Source of the DNA: Eledone cirrhosa
Lineage: Eukaryota
Reading direction: 5' to 3'
Length of the DNA stretch: 64,000 nt
Assembly: GCA_964016885.1 (NCBI GenBank)
Contig: OZ024763.1
Location: 12,896,001-12,960,000, forward strand
Below are positions 14,634 to 28,479 of this stretch, one piece after another. Below the pieces are notes generated by a model. That model worked only from the letters and a program-made list of their open reading frames with translations, searched no databases and had not been told where the DNA came from. The position numbers and the translations under genes were made by a program. The first letter of the stretch is position 1. Every line of letters begins with the position of its first letter.

Positions 14634-16324
14634 TAAACGAGATAATCCTATCAAAGGGAAAGAAAAAATGGTTAAAGCCTACATCTTTAGCTTACACAAT
14701 TTTTACCGCTATCGCAGAAGAGACGAAATGAGAGGGCAGCCATTTTTTTTTTCATGGATATTTTTTTTTGTCTTCAAATTCCTTGCCTCCATTTTTCTCT
14801 CTCTATATTTTCAAATCAATTCCATTATTCTTTGCTTTCAATTGGATTTAGATTCTGTGATTATTTTTACCGATTCAAGAATGTTTTTTCTTCTTCCTTT
14901 CATTTTTATATCTTTAAATGTCTTCTTCTAAGTTCGACTTTAATGCTTTTCTATGCGAGAGTTTTTGTTTAGTTTTTTTTTTTTTGCGGTTTAAAATATG
15001 TGTGTGTTTCTTGTTTTATATGTATGTCTGTGTGTAAGTATATATGTATTGTGTGTGTGTGTGCTTTTATGCCATATATCTATCTATATGTATAAATACA
15101 TAGGTGCGCGCGCACACACACACATATATATATTTTATGTATGTATATCTACGTATAAACACACATAGGCACACACGATATGTATATAATTTACATATAG
15201 AAAATATAATTTACATATAGAAAATGACGCACACACACACATATATATATATATTCACCTATACATACATACACATATCCAGTACACCCTATAAAGTGTT
15301 TGGTGATAGGATTGACATCCAGCTTTAGAAAACATGCCAAACAAAGAGATATGAAGATTCTGCAGCTGTGTCAAAGACATAACATCCTCCCTTTGTGGTT
15401 AAGCCACGATAAAATGTACTCGGTAGAGTGGGGGAAGGTTTCGTAAGCGTTATGCGGGCAAGTAGCTCACCCGAGCACCCAGGGTAGTTTGGAATTGTAA
15501 GTAAATGTGATGGCAGCTTCTGCCCCATCTGAGAGGTTAGTACCTCCGTTTGAGTTCAGACTCGGTCTGTGATGACCCGTCCATCTCATGCTACCAGGGA
15601 AAACGAACGTTAAAGTATGAGCATCGTTGTTGTTGTGCTGGTTGTTGCTGTTAGCTTTACTTTTATTGATTACTAGCAAAAAGAGCCCGCCATTGCCTGG
15701 CACACCTTAATATGATAAAGTGAATAACTGAATTAAGGTATTATGGCTGTAGTTACTACTGCCACTGATACTCTGTCTGTCTCGTTCTCTGTCGCTTTCT
15801 CTCTTGTCCTCCATCTTTCGCCACTGTCACTAAAGACCCCTCTCCCCTCAACACGGTCGTCTTTAAAAAGCCCCAGAACTCTGCTATTTTAGGGGAGAGC
15901 AAAATAACCTATGTACCAAATTTGAACAAAATCGGATGGAAACTGTGGAAGTGCATCGCCTACATGGAGACAGACAAATATTTTTGTTTTTATATATAAA
16001 GAGATTTTCACGACTGACCAAATACCGAAATGAATGACCAGTTCACTAGTGTGACGCCATTAAATGACAAAACGTCATCTGCGAAGTATGAGCTGATAAA
16101 CTGGGGACTACTCTAAATATCAACAAAACAATAAATCAAGACGAGGCTATTGTGAAGGGGTCAAGAAAAAGGATTGTACTAATGTGAATCACCACCAAAT
16201 ATAGCCCAACGAAAGGGGTAACTCCACATCTAACCCCGCCACTCGGTATATCAGATGGATAATGACATCACCAATGATTATATAAGTAATGAACTGACTG
16301 ATGAAATAACTAACAGGCACTCCG

Positions 16325-16636
16325 TTGGTTACGACGACGAGTGTTCTAGTCACATCCCATCAACGGAACAGCCTGTTCATGAAATTAACGTGCAAGTGGC
16401 TGAGCATTCCACAGACACGCGTACCCTTAGCGTAGTTGTCAGGGGGATTCAGCATGACACAGAGTGTGACAAGGCTGGCCAGTCGAATTACAGGTACAAT
16501 TCATATTTGCCAGCGGAGTGGATTGGAGCAACGTGAAATAAAGTGTCTTGCTCAAGGACACAACGCACCGCCGGGAATCGAACTCACAACTTTACAGTTT
16601 TAAGCCGAAACCCTAACCACGAAGCCACGCGCCTTC
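16325..16636 (-). mobile_element. Second CORE-type SINE family with a different tail; fragments 28250-28430 (-), 31505-31660 (+)
   Basis: ggcgcgtggcttcgtggtt...gagttcgattccc...gtgtccttgagcaagacacttta...agccacttgcacgttaatttca. Confidence 0.85.
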
Positions 16637-16749
16637 AGATAGTATCTGATTATTACATAACAGATACCATCGAAATACGTATGAGAGAGGTTACGTAATA
16701 AATAGAATGTGATGAAATTCTAAGATGCTGCCTTTTAATTCATTATTAT

Positions 16750-16930
16750 ATTGGCAGTATCGGTAGAGGGTTGGACGCCATGCTTTGACGCATAGAGTTA
16801 CGGCCTTTGCCATTCTGAGTTCAAATCCCGCCGAGGTTAACTTTGCCTTTCATCCTTACGGGGTCGATAAAATAAAGTACCAGTAATGTACTGGGTAATT
16901 GCTGGCCTTGTGCCAAAAGTAGAAACAATT
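16750..16930 (+). mobile_element. Abundant short tRNA-like SINE; copies or fragments 18714-18957, 20752-20845, 34156-34800, 35660-36170, 41445-41580, 41775-41960, 45062-45133, 47511-47730, 53484-53670, 59297-59352, 60305-60692
   Basis: B box gagttcaaatccc plus ctttgcctttcatccttacggggtcgataaaataaagtaccag (resembles the Meta/Sauria-SINE central domain, from memory) plus tail ggccttgtgcc...gaaacaatt. Confidence 0.88.
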
Positions 16931-17070
16931 ATAATAGCACACACCTTTGTGATAACATCTTAACAGTGGGTCTACTACACGTTGAGTGCTCAATACTGCC
17001 TATGTAAGAGTTTATTGATCTGTACCTAAAAATTAACAACGGATTTACCTTAATACACACACACACACTC

Positions 17071-17106
<36 letters not shown>

Positions 17107-18580
17107 ACAGCAGTATCATAACAATGATAAATACATAACAAAAAAGAAATTAGTTCAGTATGGGTGTATGTATGTGTATATGTGTGTATGTGTGTTTATT
17201 TGTGTCTATGTGCATATATTTGTGTGTGTTTATGTGTATGAATGTGTGTGTATATGTGTGTTTGAGTGTATGTGCCTATATTTGTGTGTATGTGTTTGAG
17301 TGTGTGTGTATGTGTATATGTGTGTGTGAATGAGTGTATGTGTACGCATGTGTGTATATGTGTGTTTATGTGTGTGTGAGTGTATGTGCCTATATTTGTG
17401 TGTATGTGTTTGAGTATGTGTGTGTGTGTGTATATATGTGTGTTTATGTGTGTGAGTGTATGTGTCTATATTTGTGAGTGAGAGTGTGTGTGTGTATGAA
17501 TGTGTGTATATGTGTTTGTGTGTGTGAGTGTATGTGTCTATATTTGTGTGTATGTGTTTGAGTGTGTGTGTATGTATGTGTGTGTGTGTGTGAATGAATG
17601 TATGTGTATGCATGTGTGTATATGTGTATGTGCCTGTATTTGTGTGTATGTGTTTGAGTATGTGTGTGTGTATGAATGTGTGTATATTTGTGTGTGTATA
17701 TGTGTGTTTATATGTGTGTGAGTGTATGTGTCTATATTTGTGAGTGAGTGTGTGTATGAATGTGTGTATATGTGTGTGTATGTGTCTATATTTGTATGTA
17801 TGTGTGTGAGTGTATGTGTATGTGTGTGTGTGAATGAGTGTATGTGTACGCATGTGTGTATATGTGTGTTTGTGTATGTGAGTGTGTCTATATTTGTCTG
17901 TATGTGTTTGAGTGTGTGTATGTATGTGTATATGTGTGTGTGTGTGTGAATGAGAGTATGTGTATGCATGTTTGTGTGAATGAGTGTGTGGTTAATTCTT
18001 TCCTCTTGTTTGTTCATCACAAAATATTTCATCCAATTTGTAACTTTCTATTTCCATAAAATTCTTAGAAAATTTCAGATTTTTTAATTAGATTTTTAAA
18101 CATTTCAACTTGTATTGTTTATTTATTTATTGCTTTAGCCTTTCTGTTTTGTTTTATATGTTTTGGGGTGTTTTTGAAAAAAAAAAAGTTCTACTAAATG
18201 TAGATCAATATATATATGTATGTTTTGTCTATGTATGTATGCATGTTAGTGTATGTATGTATATATATATATATGTGTGTATATTTATATATGTATGTAT
18301 ATATATATATGTGTGTGTGTATGTATGTATGTATATACATATGTATGTATATGTGTGCATGTATGTATGTATATGTGTGTATGTATATATATATATATGT
18401 GTGTATGTATATATATGTGTGTATGTATATATATGTGTGTGTATGTATATATACATGTGTATGTATGTATGTATGTATGTATGTATGTATGTATGTATGT
18501 ATGTATGTATGTATATATATGTATGTATGTATATATATGTGTGTAATGTATGTATATATATGTATGTATGTATATATATG

Positions 18581-18612
<32 letters not shown>

Positions 18613-18663
18613 TGCATATGCAAAAAGCAATTGATTCAGTACAATGAAGAAATATATTATTAG

Positions 18664-18717
<54 letters not shown>

Positions 18718-18959
18718 GTTTCCTCTTTTTGGCACAAGGCCCAGTGCATTACTGGTACTTTATTTTATCGACCCCGTAAGGATGAAAGGCAAAGTAAACC
18801 TCAGTGGGATTTGAACTCTGACCATAAAAGGCCATATATATATATAATTGTTTCTATTTTAGGCACAAGGCCAGCAATTACCCAGTACATTACTGGTACT
18901 TTGTTTTATCGACCCCGTAAGGATGAAAGGCAAAGTTAACCTCAGCAGGATTTGAATAT

Positions 18960-20750
18960 AATAAGACAAGGTGGAGTGAAGAACTAAAACAACTAAGAAG
19001 GGAAATGACTCAGTCATTAAAAAAATGTCAATACCATTTTACAGATTCCAATTATGAAAAATATAATGGATTAAAGAAAACGTTTTAAAGGCAACTAAAA
19101 CAATCCAAAAATGATTTCTGGTCTAGCAAATCTAACCTGGAGTCCATGGGTGATATATGGAACATATACAACTCAATGATCAAACCCAAACCTCCCAAAA
19201 CACACCAAGAGCTATTACCACATGGCCACAATGGTGAAGTAATCTCAGACACTTCCAAACTCTCTTCGCTATTTACAGAATCACTTTTTGGCAACGCTTC
19301 CTTTACAGACTCCACTACCTATTACAAAGCTTCTGATCCTCTCTCTCCAAATGTAGATCTCCCTCCCATTATTGAACAAGAACTACTAACAGTTAAGGAT
19401 GAATTGAAAATGGAAACAGCCACAGGCCCTGATGGTATTTCCAATTTAATCAGCAATAAAACTTGGAGTGTAATACATGAAATAGTGTTAAACTTATTTA
19501 GTAGTATAATTAAATTCCAACACCATCCAGATATATGCAAATTTACTCATAAGTTAGTAATACTGACACCAAATAAGGATAACTACCACTCTACCAGATC
19601 ATACCATCCATTAGCTTTACTAAGCAATCTTTCTAAAATGCTAGAAAAAGTTATAAGCAATAGATTATCTTACTTAGGAGAGACAATGGACATTTTCCTC
19701 AAATCCCAGTTCGGATTTTGAGTGAATAAAAACACTGAGAATTGTCTACATGCAATAAACACATTCATCAAAAACTCAAAACTCTTGAAAAAAGTCAACC
19801 AGCTTGATCTCACTAGACATAAAGGGAGATTATGACAATCTGGTTCACGACACTCTAGGAAAAAAGTTACACCAATTAAAATCCCCAAATATCTCTGTAA
19901 CTGGGCTGAAAGCTTTCTCACTCATCGTAGTACAAGTCTGATTCTTGGAAATGAGAAAAGCAAAAATATTTACCTTTTAGCAAAAGAAGGAGCACAAAGG
20001 GAAATAATAGATATAGATTACATCCCAAATCTTTCACAGGTAAAATCATTTAGCAAACAAATAATTAGTAATGAGTGGGAATCATTTTGGGAAGAATCCG
20101 GAGATAAGCTCACAAATTTCAATCCCTCACTTTCTCAACCAGATTTGACAACTTTCAAAACTTATCTATCATTGAGTAATGCAAATAAAAAAAAGACTAT
20201 GCTGGCTTCTAACTGGACATAAACCTTTGAACTACATTCAATCAAGAACAGGTCATAGAGATTCACCTCTATGTTCTTGTGGTGACTCACCAGAAACTAT
20301 TTGTTCCAATCTAGAAACTATCAGTCTGAGAGAGAGAGGCCATGTTGAAACCAATCTTTAAAAAACTACCAAGATTGGAAGTTCAATATAGGATTACAGG
20401 TCTACCAAATATAAACAAAATCTTTGAGTAGATGGAAGCTAGGAAAAGAATCAACAAGAGAAACTTCTGTTTTACAGTTTCCCTTCTTTCCTATTTTCTT
20501 TTTCATCTTCTTAGGCAGAATCTGTCTCTCATTGGCCTCCTTCAAAATTGGAAATTTTATTTTTCCCTTTTTACTTTTTTTCCCTTTTACTTTTTTTTAT
20601 TTTTATTTTAGATTTTTTTTTCTTTTCTTTTTCTTTTTATTACTTGTCTCGCTAGCTCTTCTTGATTACCAACTGTAAGGAGTACTCAATACTTCCCCGT
20701 GTCTGTCATAGCTTACTAGCTCTATACAGACGTTTAAATTGAATAAATAA
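18960..20750 (+). mobile_element. Decayed, internally deleted LINE (I/R1-like group)
   Basis: ATGPDGI, SYHPLALLSNLSKMLEKVI, SQFGF; C-terminal LLTGH...CSCG..PETI knuckle; (TAAA)n end. Confidence 0.85.
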
Positions 20751-20865
20751 ATAATTGTTTCTACTTTTAGCACAAGGCCAGCAATTACCCAGTGCATTAC
20801 TGGTACTTTATTTTATTGACCCCGTAAGGATGAAAGGCAAAGTCAATAAATAATATGTATATATG

Positions 20866-20905
<40 letters not shown>

Positions 20906-21074
20906 GCCAAAATCAAATTAAGGTTGTCATGTCTGAGAGACAGGCGCCATATCCACTGCAGAATAAGCTCAAAGATTCCAATGAATAGTTCCGAGCATTT
21001 TATATCAACTAGAAATAGATTGACACATATATATATATGTCAATCTATTTCTAGTTGATATATATATATATATA

Positions 21075-21119
<45 letters not shown>

Positions 21120-21220
21120 GTATATATATATAATGTATATATATATAATGTATATATATATAATGTATATATATATAATGTATATATATATAATGTATAT
21201 ATATATAATGTATATTTAAA

Positions 21221-21269
<49 letters not shown>

Positions 21270-21280
<11 letters not shown>

Positions 21281-22266
21281 GTATAATTAAATGTGTGTGT
21301 GTATATATATATATAATGTATATTTAAATGTGTGTGTGTATATATATATAATGTATATTTAAATGTGTGTGTGTGTATATATATAATGTATATTTAAATG
21401 TGTGTGTGTATATATATAATGTATATTTAAATGTGTGTGTGTGTATATAATGTATATTTAAATGTGTGTGTGTGTATATATATAATGTATATTTAAATGT
21501 GTGTGTGTATATATATAATGTATATTTAAATGTGTGTGTGTATATATATAATGTATATTTAAATGTGTGTGTGTGTGTATATAATGTATATTTAAATGTG
21601 TGTGTGTGTGTATATATATAATGTATATTTAAATGTGTGTGTGTGTGTATATATATATAATGTATATTTAAATGTGTGTGTGTGTGTATATATATAATGT
21701 ATATTTAAATGTGTGTGTGTGTGTGTGTATATATATAATGTATATTTAAATGTGTGTGTGTGTGTATATATATATAATGTATATTTAAATGTGTGTGTGT
21801 GTGTGTGTATATATATAATGTATATTTAAATGTGTGTGTGTGTGTATATATATAATGTATATTTAAATGTGTGTGTGTGTGTGTGTATATATATAATGTA
21901 TATTTAAATGTGTGTGTGTGTGTATATATATAATGTATATTTAAATGTGTGTGTGTGTGTGTGTATATATATAATGTATATTTAAATGTGTGTGTGTGTG
22001 TATATATATAATGTATATTTAAATGTGTGTGTGTGTGTGTGTATATATATAATGTATATTTAAATGTGTGTGTGTGTGTATATATATAATGTATATTTAA
22101 ATGTGTGTGTGTGTGTATATATATAATGTATATTTAAATGTGTGTGTGTGTGTATATATATAATGTATATTTAAATGTGTGTGTGTGTGTATATATATAT
22201 AATGTATATTTAAATGTGTGTGTGTGTGTATATATATATAATGTATATTTAAATGTGTGTGTGTGT
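21270..22266. repeat. Compound minisatellite (ta)n-atgtatatttaaa-(tg)n
   Basis: Direct inspection. Confidence 0.95.
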
Positions 22267-22366
22267 GCAGAGAGGGAGAGAGAGAAGGGAAGAGACGCGG
22301 AAAGAAAGATAAAAAGATAGATACATATAGAGAGAGAGAGAGTGAAACATGTACATACATACAACA

Positions 22367-23680
22367 CACCCTGTAATGTGGTAGTACTGGTGTCATGACA
22401 ATAAGCACCCAGTCCACTCTGTAATGTGGTAGTACTGGTGTCATGACAATAAGCACCCAGTCCACCCTGTAATGTGGTAGTACTGGTGTCATGACAATAA
22501 GCACCCAGTCCACTCTGTAATGTGGTAGTACTGGTGTCATGACAATAAGCACCCAGTCCACCCTGTAATGTGGTAGTACTGGTGTCATGACAATAAGCAC
22601 CCAGTCCACTCTGTAATGTGGTAGTACTGGTGTCATGACAATAAGCACCCAGTCCACCCTGTAATGTGGTAGTACTGGTGTCATGACAATAAGCACCCAG
22701 TCCACTCTGTAATGTGGTAGTACTGGTGTCATGACAATAAGCACCCAGTCCACCCTGTAATGTGGTAGTACTGGTGTCATGACAATAAGCACCCAGTCCA
22801 CCCTGTAATGTGGTAGTACTGGTGTCATGACAATAAGCACCCAGTCCACTCTGTAATGTGGTAGTACTGGTGTCATGACAATAAGCACCCAGTCCACTCT
22901 GTACTGTGGTAGTACTGGTGTCATGACAATAAGCACCCAGTCCACCCTGTAATGTGGTAGTACTGGTGCCATGACAATAAGCACCCAGTCCACTCTGTAA
23001 TGTGGTAGTACTGGTGTCATGACAATAAGCACCCAGTCCACTCTGTAATGTGGTAGTACTGGTGTCATGACAATAAGCACCCAGTCCACTCTGTAATGTG
23101 GTAGTACTGGTGTCATGACAATAAGCACCCAGTCCACCCTGTAATGTGGTAGTACTGGTGTCATGACAATAAGCACCCAGTCCACTCTGTAATGTGGTAG
23201 TACTGGTGTCATGACAATAAGCACCCAGTCCACCCTGTAAGGTGGTAGTACTGGTGTCATGACAATAAGCACCCAGTCCACCCTGTAAGGTGGTAGTACT
23301 GGTGTCATGACAATAAGCACCCAGTCCACCCTGTAAGGTGGTAGTACTAGTGTCATGACAATAAGCACCCAGTCCACTCTGTAATGTGGTAGTACTGGTG
23401 TCATGACAATAAACACCCAGTCCACCCTGTAATGTGGTAGCGCTGGTGTCATGACAATAAGCACCCAGTCCACCCTGTAAGGTGGTAGTACTGGTGTCAT
23501 GACAATAAGCACCCAGTCCACCCTGTAAGGTGGTAGTACTGGTGTCATGACAATAAGCACCCAGTCCACCCTGTAAGGTGGTAGTACTGGTGTCATGACA
23601 ATAAGCACCCAGTCCACCCTGTAACGTGATAATGCTGGTGCCACAACAATAAGCACCCAGTCGACCCTGTAATGTGGTAG
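22367..23680. repeat. 48-bp minisatellite, ~27 copies, SINE-derived
   Basis: Unit ctgtaatgtggtagtactggtgtcatgacaataagcacccagtccacY. Confidence 0.97.
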
Positions 23681-24018
23681 TGCTGCGAAACAATCACCCA
23701 CAAAAATAGTAAAATAAATTGCAATAAAAATATATATCAAGAAAGGTAACTCCTGCCTTAGTTATCTCCCTTCGAGAAAAGCTAAATCTCATTTTTTAAT
23801 GACTTTGCATTTTAGACTATTTTATTTACTTCAGTCATTAGACTGCGGCCTTGCTGGAGGACCACCTGGAAGAGATTTTAGTCAATAAAATCGACCCCAG
23901 TACTTATATAGACTGGTATTTATTTTATCGATCTCTGTTTTATCGAACACTGATATATATATATATTGTGTGTATGTATATATAGATCACAAGTGTTTTT
24001 TAACCTTCATATCATGTC

Positions 24019-24100
24019 TTCCTGTTTTATCTGATGAAAACACAAATATTATTGCATGATGATATTTGTTTTTGAAATGCGCATAATAAAATACATGGAA
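24019..24100 (+). ncRNA. Minimal type I hammerhead motif
   Basis: gttttat CTGATGA aaac-acaaatat...atatttgt-tttt GAAA tgcgca TA^ataaaat; stem III is the palindrome ATGCGCAT. Confidence 0.8.
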
Positions 24101-24128
24101 CTCTTTTAACCATCTTTTGTTCTTATAT

Positions 24129-24202
<74 letters not shown>

Positions 24203-24395
24203 TATTTCGTTTCTGAATTTGTTTAGCAAGATTCTTTATCTGAAATCATGTGTTGAAACCGATATTGTTATACTTTGGGAGGGTCATGTTGCCAATAAGA
24301 AACACACGCACCACTGGTGCGTGTGTTTCTTATTGGCAACATGACCCTCCCAAAGTATAACAATATATATATATATATGTAAATATATATATATG

Positions 24396-24474
<79 letters not shown>

Positions 24475-24535
24475 GTATATATATATGTATATATATATGT
24501 ATATATATATGTATATATATATGTATATATATATG

Positions 24536-24620
<85 letters not shown>

Positions 24621-24649
24621 GTATATATATATATATATGTATATATATG

Positions 24650-24705
<56 letters not shown>

Positions 24706-24719
24706 CATACAAAATCCAG

Positions 24720-24925
24720 AGTTTTCTCACTTCTGTTGGCGGAACCCATCCCAGATTGATCTCCAACGCTTCCTATTTCTGACCATTTTGGGCCAAGGTA
24801 TTGGGTCAGATCATTGCACCATCTGGCCTTTGGCCGCCCTCTGGTTCTTCTCCACAGCCTTGGTGTCCACTGTGTCACTTTAATAGCCCACCTGTCGTCT
24901 TTGAAACAAGAGACGTGGCCAGCCT
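24720..24925 (-). mobile_element. RTE LINE 3' end
   Basis: [35 protein letters not shown]. Confidence 0.85.
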
Positions 24926-24943
24926 ACCTAAGGTCATGTTTAA

Positions 24944-25152
24944 CCCTTTAGAATTTACATTACTCTATATTTACTATTACATTTTCATGGTAAAGTCTTT
25001 ATCTCACATAATATTGAATCTATGAGATTTTGAGATTATTTTATTTTGAGAACAATACCTTAACATAAGTATGAGCGGCCAGTTACCACTGGTTTGAACA
25101 GAAAGAGGTGAGAGAATTCCGGCCAGTTATGGCTGGTTTAAATGCTAAAGGG
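24944..25152. mobile_element. piggyBac-type MITE
   Basis: TTAA|CCCTTTAGAATTTA ... TAAATGCTAAAGGG|TTAA: 14-bp TIR with one mismatch, TTAA TSD. Confidence 0.85.
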
Positions 25153-25156
25153 TTAA

Positions 25157-25545
25157 CAGCCACACTAAACCATCAGCAGTTATTGTAAGTGGAAAGGTCA
25201 TCGAGGAAGTAAACAGTTATGTGTACCTCAGAAAGAGGATTGCAAGAAATGGTGCCCTATTTCTAGGGATCAAAAGAAGGATTCTGCTTGGTTGGGTAGC
25301 TTTTGGAAAAGTTTATAACATCATTAGAAGTCCTAAGTCAACAACTGACACCAAAAGACCATTGTTTACTGAATATGTTCCGCCGGTGATGACATATGGA
25401 AGTGAGATGTGTACACTCAACATCACCACAGGAGAGACTCTTACCCAAAGTAAAATGGAGCAACTCATGCACAGCATCACCTTATGTGACAGACCAACAC
25501 CTGGACTTAACAGCAGACTGCCGTGAAGGACATAAGACCACCAGG
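25157..25545 (+). mobile_element. RTE LINE internal fragment, inverted relative to 24720-24925
   Basis: IEEVNSYVYL, KRRILLGWVAFGK, PVMTYGSE. Confidence 0.85.
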
Positions 25546-26137
25546 AAGGGAAAATACCGCCCCTTATATATATATATATATATATACATACAATATTTAA
25601 TAAAGAAATGGCTTCTACAAGACTGGAACTGTTTCCTTTGAATGAAACAGTTCTAGTCCTGTAGAAGGCATTTCTATATTAAATATTGTATATACTCTAC
25701 TATGTATGGAGTACTTTACCTACTGTGGTTACCCCCGATTGAACCTGGGATACACACACACATATATGTGCGTGTGTGTGTATATAGTTCAAGGAAACGA
25801 CAAAACATAGATACAAAAAGTCTTATTAGTTTCACGCTTTACATGGAAAAGGGGAAAGAAAGTTCAACATGTTGGGCATTAGCCCTTCTTCAGGAGTACA
25901 ACAATTAAAGAGAGAATCACAAAGGATATTATATACAGGGTGGGCCACAAGTCACTTCCTATTAAAAGAAATTAATAATTTTTTTTATTATTAGAATTTT
26001 TTTTTTTTTATTTCAGATTAAAGTTGATTAAAAACAAGATCCAATTATGGAAAATACACTTTCCAAGAAAAATTTGTTTTGAATTAATTTGTAATGTTTT
26101 ATTAATAAAAATAGGTAAAAAGTGGCCTTTGACTCAG

Positions 26138-26177
<40 letters not shown>

Positions 26178-26449
26178 TTTATAAAAGCATTTGGGTGATT
26201 TGAAATTTGAAAATGTGGGAATCCAAACGCAGAAAATAACTGTAGTCAGCCGTCTCTTAGTAGACGGTATTCGACAGATACTGAGTTCAATTCTCCGTAG
26301 CAGCTGCTCCCCACTTTTTCCGCCTCTAAGGGTATTTTACCCAATTTCATAAAGCTATCATTCATCGCAACTAACTGTGTTTACAGTTAGTTTCTGTGTT
26401 CATTTGGACTCACACAAGCAAGCATCAATGTATATGAGTGTGTGTATGC

Positions 26450-26491
<42 letters not shown>

Positions 26492-26652
26492 GCATATATA
26501 TATATATATATACATATGTGTGTATGTAATATACATTATTTATTTTTGTTCATATGCAGAAAAAAGCACTACTTTAGGTGTCAAGGTCTAGTCATGGCCA
26601 TCTCCTCAGATTGTGCTCGGTTGTGCAGAATGCATGGAGAACATGTTATATA

Positions 26653-26687
<35 letters not shown>

Positions 26688-26694
<7 letters not shown>

Positions 26695-27000
26695 TTGCGA
26701 GGTTTTTGATATGAAATGAAAAATGGCGTAGACATACAATACAACAGGAGGAACATAATAGTACCACTGATGATGTTGCAGATGTGCAACAAAAGAACTT
26801 TGTTAGACTATATATATGTATTTATATCTATATTATATCTGTATTTTTGACTATTGGTCAGTTAATGGTAAGCATTGAGGACCGAATGAATTAACTGTGG
26901 AGATATAAAAGATACAGAAGCGAAAACCAACCAAACAGTGAGTGTGTTCTGTTATTATTTCTGGCAATATTATTACAACAATTTGACCCTCCCTAAGTAT

Positions 27001-27006
<6 letters not shown>
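26688..27006. mobile_element. Unclassified (TA)n-associated repeat family; pieces at 24205-24366, 32000-32200, 40705-40775, 53395-53483
   Basis: Shared gcgaaaaccaaccaaacagtgagtgtgtt, tgaccctccc.aa.tataacaat and ttgttttgcgag blocks. Confidence 0.7.
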
Positions 27007-27058
<52 letters not shown>

Positions 27059-28479
27059 ATATAAAAGCTGTATAAAGAAGTGCAGAGAGATCAAAATTGA
27101 TGGAAACTACAGAGTGGGTAGACCGAGAAAAACCTGGGACGAGGTGATACAAACTGACCTTGCTCACTTACACCGCTCTAAGAAAATGTCACTGGATCGA
27201 AATCTTTGGCGCTATGCAGTTATACAGAAAACCCGCCTTCCCTTACATACAAACTTAAACCTACAGTCAGTAGGCACCTCATAACCCATTATACACCCCC
27301 CACTGTAAAGTGGTTGTGTAGGAGACACGGTAAAAAGGCTCCCAGTCCACACTGTAAATATGGTTGGTGTTAGGAAGGGCATCCAGCCATAGAAAACCTG
27401 CCAAAAACAGTTCTGTACAAGTGAGACACGGTCACCCGACCAATATTGCCCCAAGTGGGATAAACCCGTCCAAACCATGCTAGCGTGGAAGATGGACATT
27501 AAACGATGATGATGATGATATATACATGTGTGCGTGTTGGTTCAGTGCGAGGCCCTTCTTCACTTAAAACACCTTCAAGCATACGTATCCCTTGATCTAA
27601 ACGACTTTCATGAGGGTTGCGTGAGCAGAGCCTTTTCATTTTTCTTTCAATGTAGCATATGCAGAAAGGAATCTTAGTCCTTGAGAGGGCTAAAAATCAT
27701 GTTGCACTATCCCTTGACCTTTTTCTCGTGCATGGCACGAGAAAAAGGTCAAGGGATAGTAATTCTCAAAATTGAGATGCAGCCATTATGTATGTATGAA
27801 TTCATGTATGTGTGTATGTATGTATGTATGTGCTACTGGTAACATGTAACCCAGTACAACCTGTCCCATGGTCAGGTCCTCGGCGACTAAACCAGCAACC
27901 CCCACCAAACTTGGTGAGGAGGGTGATATTTGGACACCCTGCGGGATGAAATACAAGATCCATCAAAGGGTGGAGGAACTCAGCTGAATCAACAGCCATC
28001 CAAATAGTACCTTTTTTTCTCACGTGGGAGTGAAAGGGTCCATATTCTAAATTAAGTAGGGTGGGGACTTATTCTAAACTGTAATTTCTACAAGTTGCCA
28101 AACTACTGACAGTTGTCTGATAAGTTTATAGTAGACCCCTAAATATCTGGCATCCTGGAACCCCGAACTAATATCTCCCTACTAATTATAATAGGGACCA
28201 AGATAGCCTTCCATAAGAATGAACCCCAAGAGTTGGGCTGACTTCTTGTTGATTCTCAGGGCAATACAACGTGACAAAGCTGGCCCTTTAAATTACAGGT
28301 ACAACTAACTTTTGTCAGATGAGTGGACTGGAGTAATGTGAAATAAAGTGTCTTGCTCAAGGACATAATGCACCACCGGGAATCGAACTGATGACCTTAT
28401 GGTCATCAGTTGAATATCTTAATTACTAACTACAATTTAGGCAATATATAACAGTTATAAAGACATGAAATACATGGCA

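Noticed and set aside
16298-16304. Isolated CTGATGA (also 28388, 47390)
   Set aside because: No stem II-GAAA-NUH-stem I arrangement follows.
22097-23740. 547-aa and 519-aa ORFs; CRISPR-like regularity
   Set aside because: A 48-bp tandem unit without stops in those frames; no unique spacers, no cas genes, and SINE-derived.
26767-26810. CTGATGA followed by hairpin tgttgca/tgcaaca
   Set aside because: No GAAA and no stem I complement.
27860-27900. TCCTCGG resembling an HDV-like ribozyme L3
   Set aside because: P3, P1 and P2 pairings could not be built.
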